This document shows, one piece after another, positions 49,246 through 59,384 of a stretch of DNA of 64,000 nt. The stretch is from Anaeromyxobacter sp. (GTDB lineage Bacteria > Myxococcota > Myxococcia > Myxococcales > Anaeromyxobacteraceae): assembly GCA_049840735.1 (NCBI GenBank), contig JASGJN010000022.1, positions 544,001 to 608,000 on the forward strand, read 5' to 3'. The number at the start of each line of letters is the position of its first letter. Positions within the stretch are counted from its first letter, which is position 1. A program made the position numbers and the translations under genes. Under the pieces are notes generated by a model that saw only the letters and a list, made by a program, of their open reading frames with translations, made no database searches and was not told where the DNA came from.

Positions 49246-50717
49246 GGCCGCCCCGTGGTCCGCTTCTTCCCTGCCGGCGGCCCCGCCGCCGCGCGCTGCG
49301 GGCCCGGGACGGCGGCCGCCGCCTTGGCCGCGGCGAAGGTCAGGACCTCCCCCTGCTGCGCGGCCGCGTGCGCCTCCGCGTCCGCCTTCAGGAGGAACGC
49401 GGCCAGCCCGCCCTTCCCGTCGCGGGCGTACCAGGCCTGGTCGGCGAACAGCTTCAGCCCGCTGTCCCGGTCGTGCACGTAGGCCACCCGGGCCCGCTTC
49501 CCTTGCGCCTCGGCCTGCTTCAAGGCGGCGAAGGCCACGGCCGGCGAGGCGTAGTGGCGGACCCGGGGTTCACCCTGGAGCCACACCGAGGCGGCCAGCC
49601 TGGGGTCGGCGATGGAGGCGCCGGTGAGCGCGTCCTTCGCGACCAGGGGCGCCCGGCCGTAGTCCCGGAGCCGCGCGTCGTAGTCGAGCCCGGCGTTCCC
49701 GTAGGCCTGGCGGATGTAGCGATCGTCGATGAAGGCGCTGACGTCGGCGTCCACGTCCGTCTTCTTGAGGAGCTTCAGGGTCTCCGCCGCCGTCCGGACG
49801 GCGGCGCGGTACTCGGGCTTCCAGGTCTCGTCGCGCGTCTGCAGGCCGAGCGGGCCGTGGAAGAGGTAGCTCACCTCCGCCTCGATGCCCGTCACCTGCT
49901 GGATGAGCTCGGCGTACTTCTCGGGCTCGGCGGCCACCAGCCGATCGGCCTCGATCACCGCCTCCAGGAAGGCGACGACCACCTCGGGGTGCTTCTCGGC
50001 GAACGCCGCGTCGGCCAGGGTGCCGTGGAAGGTCGGGCTGCCGGCCTGGGCGCCGTCGAAGATCTTCCGGGCGAAGCCGCGGAACGGGAACAGCTCGGCG
50101 AAGGGCACGAAGTCGGCGTGGGCGTCGATCTTGTGGGACTGGAGCGCCGTGCCGCCGATCTCCGGCGCCTGCGAGACCAGCTGGACGTCCTTCTCGGGGT
50201 CCCAGCCCTGCGCGGCGATCGCGCGGAGCAGCATGTTGTGGGCCGTGGAGCCGAACGGGACGGAGATCTGCTTGCCCTTGAGGTCGGCCAGGCCCTGCAC
50301 CGGGGAGTCGGCCGGGACCACGATGCCGTTCCCGCTGCCGATGGTGCTGCCGGAGAGCACGGTGAGGAAGACGCTGCGGCGGCCCGCCTTCTGGAAGGCC
50401 ACGGAGTTCAGGACCGCCGGGAAGTCGGCCATGGAGCCGATGTCGAGCTTGCCGGCCACCATCTCGTTCGTGAGCGGGGGGCCGGAGGTGAAGCTCTTCC
50501 ACTGGATGTCCCAGGCGACGTCCTTGTAGCGGCCGGTGCGCGGCAGGTGCTTCTCCAGGAGCTTCAGCTCCCGGACGATGAGGCCGCCGGTGGCGGTGTT
50601 GATGGTCGGGTCCTGCGTGCCGATGGCCACGCGGATGGTCTCTGCGGCGCGGGCGGGGCCGGCCGAAGCGAGCAGCGCGGCCAGCAGCGGGGCGATGGTG
50701 CGGGGGCGAAGGTTCAC
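49242..50717 (-). CDS. NitT/TauT-family substrate-binding protein with extra C-terminal domain
   Basis: Signal peptide; FTSGPPL, DLKGKQISVPFGSTAH. Confidence 0.9.
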   Translation of the reverse strand: MNLRPRTIAPLLAALLASAGPARAAETIRVAIGTQDPTINTATGGLIVRELKLLEKHLPRTGRYKDVAWDIQWKSFTSGPPLTNEMVAGKLDIGSMADFPAVLNSVAFQKAGRRSVFLTVLSGSTIGSGNGIVVPADSPVQGLADLKGKQISVPFGSTAHNMLLRAIAAQGWDPEKDVQLVSQAPEIGGTALQSHKIDAHADFVPFAELFPFRGFARKIFDGAQAGSPTFHGTLADAAFAEKHPEVVVAFLEAVIEADRLVAAEPEKYAELIQQVTGIEAEVSYLFHGPLGLQTRDETWKPEYRAAVRTAAETLKLLKKTDVDADVSAFIDDRYIRQAYGNAGLDYDARLRDYGRAPLVAKDALTGASIADPRLAASVWLQGEPRVRHYASPAVAFAALKQAEAQGKRARVAYVHDRDSGLKLFADQAWYARDGKGGLAAFLLKADAEAHAAAQQGEVLTFAAAKAAAAVPGPQRAAAGPPAGKKRTTGRP

Positions 50718-50740
50718 GGGATCTCCAGGGAGCGAGGAGC

Positions 50741-50756
50741 ATCCGTTTTAACGGAT
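50741..50756. promoter_or_regulatory. Palindromic operator candidate ATCCGTT-N2-AACGGAT
   Basis: Exact reverse complement of 56280-56295; about 24 bp upstream of the binding-protein start. Confidence 0.65.
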
Positions 50757-50941
50757 GATCGGCTGCCGTTACAAGCCGGGACCGATCGCGCCGCGGCGGG
50801 GAAGGGTCGCGCGCCGTGCCGCGCATGACGCGGAAAGCCCAGTGGCCCAGTGTGCAGGAGGGCATGGGCGCGCGGCGGACGGCGCCGGGCCAGGTCAGGG
50901 CCGCGCCATCCGCTTTGACGGAAATCACGCCGCTCAGCCGC

Positions 50942-51193
50942 TCAGCTGGCGAGGCGGAGCGCGTCGCACTTCCCCTGGAGCGCGTCGCGGGACTCGCGCC
51001 AGTCGGGGTGCGGGACGATGCAGATCACCGGGCAGACCTTGACGCACTGGGGCCGGTCGTAGTGGCCGACGCACTCGGTGCAGCGCGAGGGATCGATCTG
51101 GCAGTGGTCCGGCGCCAGGTAGATGGCGTCGTTGGGGCACTCGTACTCGCAGGCGTCGCAGTTGATGCAGCGGTCATCGACGTGGAGGGCCAT
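50942..51193 (-). CDS. 2[4Fe-4S] ferredoxin (YfhL-like)
   Basis: CINCDACEYECP and CTECVGHYDRPQCVKVCP. Confidence 0.92.
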   Translation of the reverse strand: MALHVDDRCINCDACEYECPNDAIYLAPDHCQIDPSRCTECVGHYDRPQCVKVCPVICIVPHPDWRESRDALQGKCDALRLAS

Positions 51194-51200
51194 GTGAGCC

Positions 51201-52571
51201 TCAGCGCGGGAGGGGGGCGGCGGCGGCGGCGAACGTGACGAGGCCCACCGCGATGGCCAGGCCGGCGCGCAGCAGCCAGCGGCGGCGCGGGTCCTGCTCC
51301 GGGCTGGAGAGGTGGAGGCCGGCGCGGAGGCTCCGCAGCGCCCCGGTCGCGAGGAGCACGGCCCGGAGCGCAGGGGCCACCTGGGGCACGTCGAAGAGCG
51401 CCGCCGCATGCTCGAGGGCGCCCACCAGGACGGCGGTCCCGCCCAGGGGGATGAGCGCGTAGGCGAGGCGGCTGGCGCGCCGGACGTGGCCGAGGGCGGC
51501 CCCCCACAGCGCGAGCCAGGTCGCGCCCCCGAGGGCGAGCGTGCCAGCGGCGACGGCGGCCAGCGCGGTCAGCCCGTGGGCCCAGGTCGCGGCGCCGGCG
51601 GCGGTGCCCGCCACCCACCAGGGCGCCGCCTGGTCGAGCGGGCCGCCCCGGATCGCGGCGCCCATCGCCAGGCTAAAGCCGGCCGATCGCCAGTGCGCCA
51701 CCGACCAGAGCAGGCCGATCAGCACGAAGACGATGCCGAGCGCCTCCCAGGTGCGGACCTCGGAGTCCTCGAGGGCGAGGAGCTCGGAATCCAGGGGGCG
51801 CGCCGCCAGGACGACCGCGTTGCGGTGCCCGCTGCAGCGTCCGCACATGTTGCACTTCTCGTTGCTCGCCAGCCGGCGCACGTCGAGCATGGGCGGACAG
51901 TCCACCGGCCCGGAGCCGCGTCGCGGCGCGGCGTCCCAGGCGGCACGGTCGACCCGGAAGTGCAGGATCGCGCAGCGCGCCAGCAGGGAGAACAGGCTGC
52001 CGGTCGGGCAGAGGAAGCGGCACCAGGCCCGCCGCCCGCGCGCATACACCGCGCCCACGGCGACCGCGGCCACCGTCGAGAGCCCCAGGATCAGCAGGGC
52101 CGGGCGCGGCGCCTGGTGGCCGCCGATCAGGTGGTCGTAGACCGTGATCACGAGGAACAGCGCCAGCGGCCAGGCCGGCCAGGCGAGCCGATCGCCGATC
52201 TTCCAGTCCAGGCCGCGGCGGCTGGCGGCCTCGGTGAGCACGCCGTCCGGGCAGAGGAGCCCGCACCAGAGCTGGCCCAGCAGCATGGTCGTGAGGACCA
52301 CCCCGGGCCACCACAGCCCCCGAATCAGCTGCTCCGCCAGGTGCGCCAGCCGCGCGGCCGCCGCCGACGCGGGGAGGAGCGCCGGGAGCACCACCAGGAC
52401 CACGTAGGCGCCGACCATGGCCCACTGGGCCGCCACGACGAGCCGCTGGTGGCGGCGCAGGAGCTCCCCCGCCTCCCGGAGCGCCCGGGCGGAGCGGGCC
52501 TCCGGCGCGGCCGGCGGGGGCGGTGGGACGGCCGGGAGCGCGCGCTCCCTCCGCTGCGGGATCGCGGTCAC
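51201..52571 (-). CDS. Membrane 4Fe-4S binding protein (NapH/FtrD-like)
   Basis: WCGLLCP, WCRFLCP, CNMCGRC; several hydrophobic segments. Confidence 0.85.
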   Translation of the reverse strand: MTAIPQRRERALPAVPPPPPAAPEARSARALREAGELLRRHQRLVVAAQWAMVGAYVVLVVLPALLPASAAAARLAHLAEQLIRGLWWPGVVLTTMLLGQLWCGLLCPDGVLTEAASRRGLDWKIGDRLAWPAWPLALFLVITVYDHLIGGHQAPRPALLILGLSTVAAVAVGAVYARGRRAWCRFLCPTGSLFSLLARCAILHFRVDRAAWDAAPRRGSGPVDCPPMLDVRRLASNEKCNMCGRCSGHRNAVVLAARPLDSELLALEDSEVRTWEALGIVFVLIGLLWSVAHWRSAGFSLAMGAAIRGGPLDQAAPWWVAGTAAGAATWAHGLTALAAVAAGTLALGGATWLALWGAALGHVRRASRLAYALIPLGGTAVLVGALEHAAALFDVPQVAPALRAVLLATGALRSLRAGLHLSSPEQDPRRRWLLRAGLAIAVGLVTFAAAAAPLPR

Positions 52572-53512
52572 GGCAGCCTCCCGAGCTTCTCCAGGGCGCG
52601 CCCCGCGAGCTTCCGGACCTCGATGTCGGGATCCTCGCACGCGGCGAGCAGGGCCGGCGCCGACGCGGGCGAGGCCAGGACGCCGAGGGCGGAGGCCGCC
52701 TCCTTGCGGAGGTTCGAGACGGGGTGCCGGAGCGCCTCGCACAGCGCGCCGACCGCGCCCTGGTGGACCAGCCGCGCGAGCCCGCTGGCCGCCTTCACCC
52801 GCACCTCCCATGACGCGTCGGTGCGGAGCGCCTCCACCAGCCGGGGCGCGGCGGCCTCGAGGCCGACCTTGGCCAGCGTGACCGCGGCCTCCTCACGCAC
52901 CTCCCACGCGGCGTCGTCGAGCGCCTGGAGGAGCGCGGCCAGCGCGTCGGGGCCCGCGGAGAACCCGATCGCGCCGACCGCCGTCCGGCGGACGCCGGGG
53001 TCGGGGTCCCGGGTGAGCGCCGCCATGGCCGGCACGGCGCCCGGCGGGCGGAGGTAGGCGAGGACGCCCAGGGCGGCGCGCCGGACCGCGGGCGCGGGAT
53101 CGCCGAGGGCGTCCACGGCCGGGCCGCCGGCCGCCGGGAGGCGGAGGTTGCGCAGGCCTTCGAGGATGGCGGCCCGGGGCGCGCCGCGGGCACCGGCGAG
53201 GTGCGCGAGCAGGTGGGGGCCGGCGGCGGGGTCGCGCAGCTCGGCCAGGGAGGCGGCCGCGGCCGCAGCGACCTCCGCGTCGGCGTCGCCGAGCCGCTCG
53301 ACCAGCGCGTCCACGGCCCTCGCGTCCGCCACGCCCTCGAGCGCGCGCACGGCCTCGAGCCTGACACCCGGGTCGGGATCGCCGGCGGCGGCCAGGAACG
53401 GGCCGGCGTCGGTGCCGTCGAGGAGATCCGCGGCCTGCAGGATCCCGACGCGGCGGACCTCCGGATCCGGGTCGGCGAGGAGCGGGTCGAAGGCGGAGAC
53501 GTTCGGGACCAT
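52568..53512 (-). CDS. HEAT repeat (PBS lyase-like) protein
   Basis: Repeated LxDxDxxVRxxAxxAL units. Confidence 0.9.
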   Translation of the reverse strand: MVPNVSAFDPLLADPDPEVRRVGILQAADLLDGTDAGPFLAAAGDPDPGVRLEAVRALEGVADARAVDALVERLGDADAEVAAAAAASLAELRDPAAGPHLLAHLAGARGAPRAAILEGLRNLRLPAAGGPAVDALGDPAPAVRRAALGVLAYLRPPGAVPAMAALTRDPDPGVRRTAVGAIGFSAGPDALAALLQALDDAAWEVREEAAVTLAKVGLEAAAPRLVEALRTDASWEVRVKAASGLARLVHQGAVGALCEALRHPVSNLRKEAASALGVLASPASAPALLAACEDPDIEVRKLAGRALEKLGRLP

Positions 53513-53517
53513 CGCGC

Positions 53518-53751
53518 TCACCGGACCAGGTACGGGAGCTCGACCCGGATCGCCTTGGTCGGGCAGTCCGACTGGCAGGGCAGGCAGTACCAGCACTCGT
53601 CATAGGCCATGACGATGCGGCCGGTGCCCTCGTCGAAGGCGAGGATGTCGGTGGGGCAGGCGTCGACGCAGGTGCGGCACCCCTTGCCGGCGATGCACTT
53701 CTGGTGGTCGACGACGATGGAGACGGCGGCGTGGGGGGCGATGCGGGTCAT
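53518..53751 (-). CDS. AprB-like ferredoxin
   Basis: CIAGKGCRTCVDACP and ECWYCLPCQSDCP. Confidence 0.9.
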   Translation of the reverse strand: MTRIAPHAAVSIVVDHQKCIAGKGCRTCVDACPTDILAFDEGTGRIVMAYDECWYCLPCQSDCPTKAIRVELPYLVR

Positions 53752-53768
53752 GGGGCTGGGCTCGTGGG

Positions 53769-55487
53769 TCAGGCGGCGGAGTCGATGCGGAGCCGGTCGT
53801 AGGCGTCCTTCTCGTCGTCGGCGATGGGGACCAGGTACTCGGGGACGGGGCGCTTGAAGAGCTCCGGCCGGCCGTCGGCCCCCTTGCGCACCTCGACGAA
53901 GGCGAACCAGCGGCCGTCGTCGCGCTCGGGGAAGTCGGTGCGGTGGTGGTACAGGCCCCAGCGGCTCTCGGTGCGGAAGAGGGAGGCGTGGGCCGCCAGC
54001 TCGGCGCAGTCGAGGATGGCGTGGACCTCCATGGTCCGCATCAGCTCGTGGGGGTTGGCGGCGCGGACCTCCTCGAGGTCCTCGCGGAGCTCGGCGAAGC
54101 GCTGCAGCCCCAGCTCCATCTTGCGCGTGACCTTGGGCGGCTGCAGGTGGTCGTTCACCATCCGGCGCAGCTTGTACTCGACGGCCGAGGGCGAGAGCCC
54201 CGTGTCGCGACCGAGCGGGGCCGAGAGGCGCTGCCGTTCGCGCTCGACCTGATCGCCGTCCACCGGCAGGTGCTCCTGTCCGCCGAAGCGCTCGGCCCCG
54301 TCCTCCCCGGCCAGCCGCCCGAAGACCATCGCGCCCAGCATGTAGTTGTGGGCCACGTTGCAGAGATCGCCGGCGGCGTAGAGGCCGGGCACGGTGGTGC
54401 GGGCGTGCTCGTCCACCCACACGCCCGACGCGCTGTGCCCACCGCACAGGCCGATCTCGGAGATGTGCATCTCGACCAGGTCGCGCCGGTAGTCGGTGCC
54501 GCGTCCGGCGTGGAACTGGCCGCGGCTCGGGCGCTCGGTGACGTGGAGCACGTTCTCGATGCGCCGGACGGTCTCCTCGGCCAGGTGGTCCAGCTTCAGG
54601 AACACCGGCCCGTTCCCGCTCTCGAGCTCGCGCCAGAACTCGAGCATCATCTGGCCGGACCAGTAGTCGCTCTTGATGAAGCGCTCGCCCTTGGCGTTCA
54701 CGGTGTAGCCGCCGAACGGGCCGGTGACGTAGGCGCAGGCCGGGCCGTTGTAGTCCTTGATGAGCGGGTTGATCTGGAAGCACTCGAGGCCGGACAGCTC
54801 GGCGCCGGCGTGGTACGCCATGGCGTAGCCGTCGCCCGCGTTGGTCGGGCACTCGTAGGTGCCGAACAGGTACCCGGAGGCCGGCAGGCCCAGCCGGCCC
54901 GCCGCGCCGGTGCACAGCACCACCGCCTTGGCGCGCACCACCACGAGCTCTCCCGCGCGCGAGTCGAGGGCGATCACCCCCGCGGCGCGGCCGTCGTGGA
55001 GCAGCACGCGGGTGGCGGTGAGCCGGTTGGTGGTCTCGACGCCGACCTTGCGCAGCTGCCGGAAGAGCACCTTCTTGATCGCGTGCCCCTCCGGCATGGG
55101 CAGGACGTACGAGCCCATGTGGTGGACCTTCTTCACGGCGTAGTCCCCGGTCGCGTCCTTCTCGAACTTGACCCCCCAGCCGTCGAGCTCACGCAGCATC
55201 TCGTGGCTGCGCGTCGCGTAGGCCAGCAGCGTGTGCTGGTTCACGATGCCGTCGTTCGCGATGGTGATCTCCCGCACGTACTGCTCCGGGGTGGCGTAGC
55301 CGGGGACGATGGCGTTGTTGACGCTGTCCATCCCCTCGGCGATGGCGCCGCTCCGCTTGACGTTGGCCTTCTCCAGGAGCAGCACGCGCAGGTGCGGCGC
55401 CTTCTCCTTGGCCTTGATGGCCGAGACCGTGCCGGCTGTGCCACCGCCGACGACGAGGATGTCGGTTTCCAGGGTGCGGGTCTCCAT
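53769..55487 (-). CDS. Fumarate reductase/APS reductase-family flavoprotein
   Basis: VVGGGTAG, RSGAI, NAGDGY, PGLYAAGD, RTESRWGLYH. Confidence 0.9.
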   Translation of the reverse strand: METRTLETDILVVGGGTAGTVSAIKAKEKAPHLRVLLLEKANVKRSGAIAEGMDSVNNAIVPGYATPEQYVREITIANDGIVNQHTLLAYATRSHEMLRELDGWGVKFEKDATGDYAVKKVHHMGSYVLPMPEGHAIKKVLFRQLRKVGVETTNRLTATRVLLHDGRAAGVIALDSRAGELVVVRAKAVVLCTGAAGRLGLPASGYLFGTYECPTNAGDGYAMAYHAGAELSGLECFQINPLIKDYNGPACAYVTGPFGGYTVNAKGERFIKSDYWSGQMMLEFWRELESGNGPVFLKLDHLAEETVRRIENVLHVTERPSRGQFHAGRGTDYRRDLVEMHISEIGLCGGHSASGVWVDEHARTTVPGLYAAGDLCNVAHNYMLGAMVFGRLAGEDGAERFGGQEHLPVDGDQVERERQRLSAPLGRDTGLSPSAVEYKLRRMVNDHLQPPKVTRKMELGLQRFAELREDLEEVRAANPHELMRTMEVHAILDCAELAAHASLFRTESRWGLYHHRTDFPERDDGRWFAFVEVRKGADGRPELFKRPVPEYLVPIADDEKDAYDRLRIDSAA

Positions 55488-55499
55488 CGCGTCTCCGAT

Positions 55500-56238
55500 T
55501 CAGGTGCTGCGGTCGATGCGGAGGCGGTGCTTGAAGCCGTCTCCGCGGTAGTAGAGGTGCTCGAAGTCGAGGGGGCGGCCGTCGGCGCCGTGCGTGAGCC
55601 GCTCGACGTGGAGGACGGGCGCGCCGCGGGGGATGCGCAGGTGGCGCGCGAGCGCCGCGTCGGCGGCCGTGGCGTCCAGCTGCAGGTCGGCGTGGCCGAG
55701 GGGCAGGCCGTAGTCGTTCTCCAGGATCAGGAAGATGTCGCGGCTGGCGAGATCCTCCCGGGCGAGGCGCTCGCCGATGGAGGCCGCGACCCAGGTCACG
55801 TCCAGCGAGACCGGGGTCCGGTTCAGGTACCGGATCCGGCGCAGCTCGGTGACGGGCGCGCCCGGCGCGAGCGCGAGGCGGCTCGCGATCTCCTCCTCGG
55901 CCGGGGCCGTCTTCACCGAGAGCACGCGGTTGACGATTCTCGAAGCCCTGGGCGCCCATGGCCTCGGCGAACCCCTCCAGGCGCGCCAGGCTCTGCACCG
56001 GCGTGGGCTTCGAGACGAAGGCGCCCTTGCCGGCCACCCGGAAGATGACGCGCTCCCCCTCGAGGTCCCCGAGCGCCCGGCGGACGGTGATGCGGCTCAC
56101 GTCGAACTCGTCCATGAGCTCGCTCTCGGAGGGGAGGCGGTCGTGGGAGGCGAGGGCGCCGTCGAGGATGCGGGCGCGGAGCGCCTCGCGGATCTGGGCG
56201 TGCAGCGGCAGCGGGCTGGGTGGGCGTCGGGTGGGCAT
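55500..56238 (-). CDS. GntR/HutC-family regulator with UTRA domain (1-bp insertion near 55937, probably artefact)
   Basis: LPSESEL...VSRITVRRAL...GKGAFV; removing one base restores GFEIVNRVLSVK and the UTRA domain. Confidence 0.9.
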
Positions 56239-56247
56239 GGTGCCCAG

Positions 56248-56269
56248 GTCATAACCTGTCATAACAAGT
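56248..56269. promoter_or_regulatory. Candidate GntR autoregulatory operator
   Basis: GTCATAAC twice at 10-bp period, forming quasi-palindrome TGTCATAACA just upstream of the GntR start. Confidence 0.55.
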
Positions 56270-56279
56270 CGTGTCAGGT

Positions 56280-56295
56280 ATCCGTTAAAACGGAT
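56280..56295. promoter_or_regulatory. Palindromic operator candidate ATCCGTT-N2-AACGGAT
   Basis: Second copy of the 50741 palindrome, upstream of gntR. Confidence 0.65.
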
Positions 56296-56505
56296 GCGTC
56301 GTCAAGCGGGCCCGGCCTGCCGCGGCGCCGCACGCGGTCCGTTGCCACGCGCTCACCAGGCGCGAGGCCGCGCCGTGCGAGGTCAGCGCGCGGCGGAAGG
56401 GCTCGCCGCCACGGCCTGTTCGCGCTCAGCGCGAGCCAGCGAGGACCTCGTTCGGTCCCGCTCGGTCTTCGGGAGGCCCAGGGCGAGCGGTGCGCGCCGC
56501 GCAGC

Positions 56506-57842
56506 TCAGCTGCGCCGGCGCCGCCAGATCCCCATCCCCTCCGCCTCGCGGATCGAGCTCCTCGCGGAAGCGCGGGTCGGCCAGGCCGATCAGCGCCTCG
56601 GCCCGCTCCCAGGTGGACTTGCCCTTGAGGTTCACCACCCCGAACTCGGTCGCCACCTGCGAGACCACCGTGCGCGGCGTGGTGACCACGGTGGCCGGCG
56701 CCAGGCGCGGCACGATGCGGGAGCGGAGCGTGCCGCGGTCGTCGTGGGTGGCCGCGGTGCAGAGGAAGGCCTGGCCGCGCCGGGCGGCGTAGGCGCCCTC
56801 GGTGAAGTCCACCTGGCCGCCGGTGCCGCTGATCTCGGCGGCCGGCCGCCGACTCGGAGGAGACCTGGCCGTAGAGGTCGATCTCCAGGCAGGAGTTGAT
56901 GGCCACCATGTCGTCCAGCTGGCGGATTACGCAGGGGTCGTTGGTGTAGTCCACCGGGTAGGTGGCGCAGCCGGCGTTGCCGTCCAGCCAGCGGTACATG
57001 CGGTCGGTGCCGGCGGCGAAGGTGTAGACCACCTGGCCCCGGTCGATGGGCTTGCGCGCGCCGGTGACGTGCCCCGCCTCGATCACGTCGATGAACGCGT
57101 CGGTGAACATCTCGGTGTGGATGCCCAGGTCGCGCAGGCCGGAGCGGGCGATGAGCCGGCCGATGGCGGCCGGGAGCGCGCCGATGCCGAGCTGCAGGCA
57201 GCAGCCGTCGCGCAGCCGCTCCACGATCATCGCCGCCATGGCCTCGGGAACCGGGCTCGGCTCGGCCGCCGGCACCTGCGGCAGCGCCCACTCGGCCTCC
57301 ACCACCGCGTCCACCTCGGAGAGGTGGACGGTGGTCTCGCGCGGCCCCAGGCAGCGGGGGAGGCGCGGGTTCACCTCCAGCACGATCCGCCTGGCCCGGT
57401 CGCAGACGGCGCGGGCGTGCGAGCAGGAGACGGAGAAGTTGAAGTTGCCGTCCGCGTCCATGGGCGTGACCGGCACGAAGGCCACGTCCACCTCGAGGTG
57501 CTCGCGGTAGTAGCGCGGGACCTCGTGGTACAGGATGGGCACGAAGAAGCAGGCGCCCGCGTCGAAGGCGCGCCGGTCGATGCCGGAGAAGTGGAAGCTG
57601 TGCAGGGTGAAGTGCTCGCGCTTCGGATCCGCGCGCACCACCGCGGCGGGGCCGACGCAGCGCCCCATGCTGCGGATCTTCACGTCGGTGAGCTCGTCGC
57701 GCCGGCGGGCCAGCGCCTCGTCCAGCGCCACCGCCTGGCTAGCGAAGTGGCCGTAGTCGACCCAGTCCCCCGACTTCACCGCGCGGACCGCCTCGTCCGG
57801 CGTGGTGAGCTTCTTCCGGTACTCAGCGGCCAGGCTGCTCAT
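56506..57842 (-). CDS. Acetyl-CoA hydrolase/4-hydroxybutyrate CoA-transferase family protein (two 1-bp insertions near 56836 and 56555)
   Basis: CLQLGIG, DLGIHTEM, AINSCLEIDLYGQV; corrected frames give QISGTGGQVDF, ATEFGVVNLKG, ELIREAEGMGIW. Confidence 0.9.
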
Positions 57843-57944
57843 CGAGGCCTCCCCTGCGCGAGTGCGCGGCAGGATGCCTCAGCGGCCGGGGAGGAGGCAA
57901 CGCGCACCGGCGCGACCTCGTCGCGGTAGGCGCGTAAGCGCCTG

Positions 57945-57988
57945 AAAAGCGAAAGGGCCCGGCCATCGCTGGCCGAGCCCTGATTCGC
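57945..57988 (-). terminator. Rho-independent terminator of the cold-shock gene
   Basis: Minus-strand GCGAA..AGGGC..GGCCA/TGGCC..GCCCT..TTCGC stem followed by TTTT. Confidence 0.75.
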
Positions 57989-58005
57989 GTGGAACGACGC
58001 GCGAG

Positions 58006-58209
58006 CTAGACCGGGCGGACGTTCGCCGCCTGGAGGCCCTTCGGACCCCGGACGACCTCGAACTCCACCTTCTGGCCCTCGGCCAGGGTGCGGAAGCCCT
58101 TCGCCTGGATGGCGGTGTGGTGGCAGAAGACATCCTCGCCGCCGCCGTCCTGCGTGATGAAGCCGAAGCCCTTCGCGTCGTTGAACCACTTCACGGAACC
58201 GGTCGCCAT
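58006..58209 (-). CDS. cspA: Cold-shock protein (CspA family)
   Basis: [24 protein letters not shown]; 67 aa. Confidence 0.95.
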   Translation of the reverse strand: MATGSVKWFNDAKGFGFITQDGGGEDVFCHHTAIQAKGFRTLAEGQKVEFEVVRGPKGLQAANVRPV

Positions 58210-58451
58210 ACTGTCTGCTCTTTTCTCTTCTGTTCGCGAGCGGCACGGTCTGACGCTCGGCCCCTTCCGACTGGAAGGGGAGCGCGCGGTATAGCCTTGA
58301 TGCGCCGACAAGTCCAGCGTTCACCGGGCGGATGCGGTAGAACGTCCGACATCGACCCCGGAGCGAGGGCCCGGCCATGGATCACCTCCACCCCCACGCA
58401 CGACGCGTGACGGCCGGCTCCCCGGCCCAACCCCAGGTCTGAGGAAACCCC

Positions 58452-59381
58452 GTGGCTGCCAAGGGTTGGAAGGGATTCAAGCGGTCCGTCCGCGCCTCGG
58501 TGATCGTGGCCGGGGCCCGCCTCCTGATGCGCCTGCCGTACGCCGTCGCGGTGCGCGTCGGTGGCGCGCTGGGCCGGGCCGCCTGGTGGGTCTCCCCGGG
58601 GCTGCGGCGGGACATGCGGGCCAGCCTGGCGGTGGCCTTCCCGGAGAAGAGCGCCACCGAGCGGGACGCCATCGGCCGCGCCGCCATGCGCCACCTGGGC
58701 TGGGTGACCGGCGAGATCATCTCCATGCACCAGTGGAAGGACCGCATGGACGAGCGGATCCAGGCCACGCCGGAGGCGGTGGCCACGGTGCAGCGGGCCT
58801 GGGACCGGAAGAAGGGCATCATCTTCGTGCTGGGGCACATCGGGAACTGGGAGCTGACCAACCGGCTCTCGCGCTACGTCCAGCCCAACGCCGCCATCGC
58901 CAAGCGCTCCTGGCACGAGAAGATCGACCGGGTGATGGAGGACTTCCGGGCCGCGCACGGCGTCGGCACCTACTGGCGCGACGACGCGGCCACCGGCCGC
59001 AAGATGCTGAAGCTCTTCAAGCAGGGCGGGGCGCTGGGGATCCTCATCGACCAGGACATCCCCTCCGTGCAGAGCGTCTTCGTCCCGTTCTTCGGGAGGC
59101 TGGCCGCCACGCCGCGGGCCGCCGCCGACTTCGCGCTCCGCTTCGGCGCCGCGCTGCTGGTGGTCACCTGCCACCGGCGCGGGCCCAGGCCGGAGGACGG
59201 CCACGCGCTGGAGGTGGTCGAGGTCCCGCACGATCCGGCCCCCGCCGATCCCGAGGCGGAGGTGCTGCGGCTCACCGCCGCCTGCGCCAGGGTGCAGGAG
59301 GACGCCATCCGCCGCCACCCCGAGGAGTGGGTGTGGATGCACCAGCGGTGGAGGTCCCGGCCGCCCGGGGAGCAGGGGTAG
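58452..59381 (+). CDS. Lipid A late acyltransferase (HtrB/LpxL family)
   Basis: GHIGNWE, ILIDQ, VPFFG, PEEWVWMHQRW. Confidence 0.9.
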   Translation: MAAKGWKGFKRSVRASVIVAGARLLMRLPYAVAVRVGGALGRAAWWVSPGLRRDMRASLAVAFPEKSATERDAIGRAAMRHLGWVTGEIISMHQWKDRMDERIQATPEAVATVQRAWDRKKGIIFVLGHIGNWELTNRLSRYVQPNAAIAKRSWHEKIDRVMEDFRAAHGVGTYWRDDAATGRKMLKLFKQGGALGILIDQDIPSVQSVFVPFFGRLAATPRAAADFALRFGAALLVVTCHRRGPRPEDGHALEVVEVPHDPAPADPEAEVLRLTAACARVQEDAIRRHPEEWVWMHQRWRSRPPGEQG

Positions 59382-59384
59382 GGC

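Noticed and set aside
53518..55487. Dissimilatory APS reductase aprAB or sdhA
   Set aside because: No sat, qmo or sdh partners; context is a GntR/ABC/HEAT cluster
56415..56490. Further REP copy
   Set aside because: Only weak arm similarity and no GTCGAAG core
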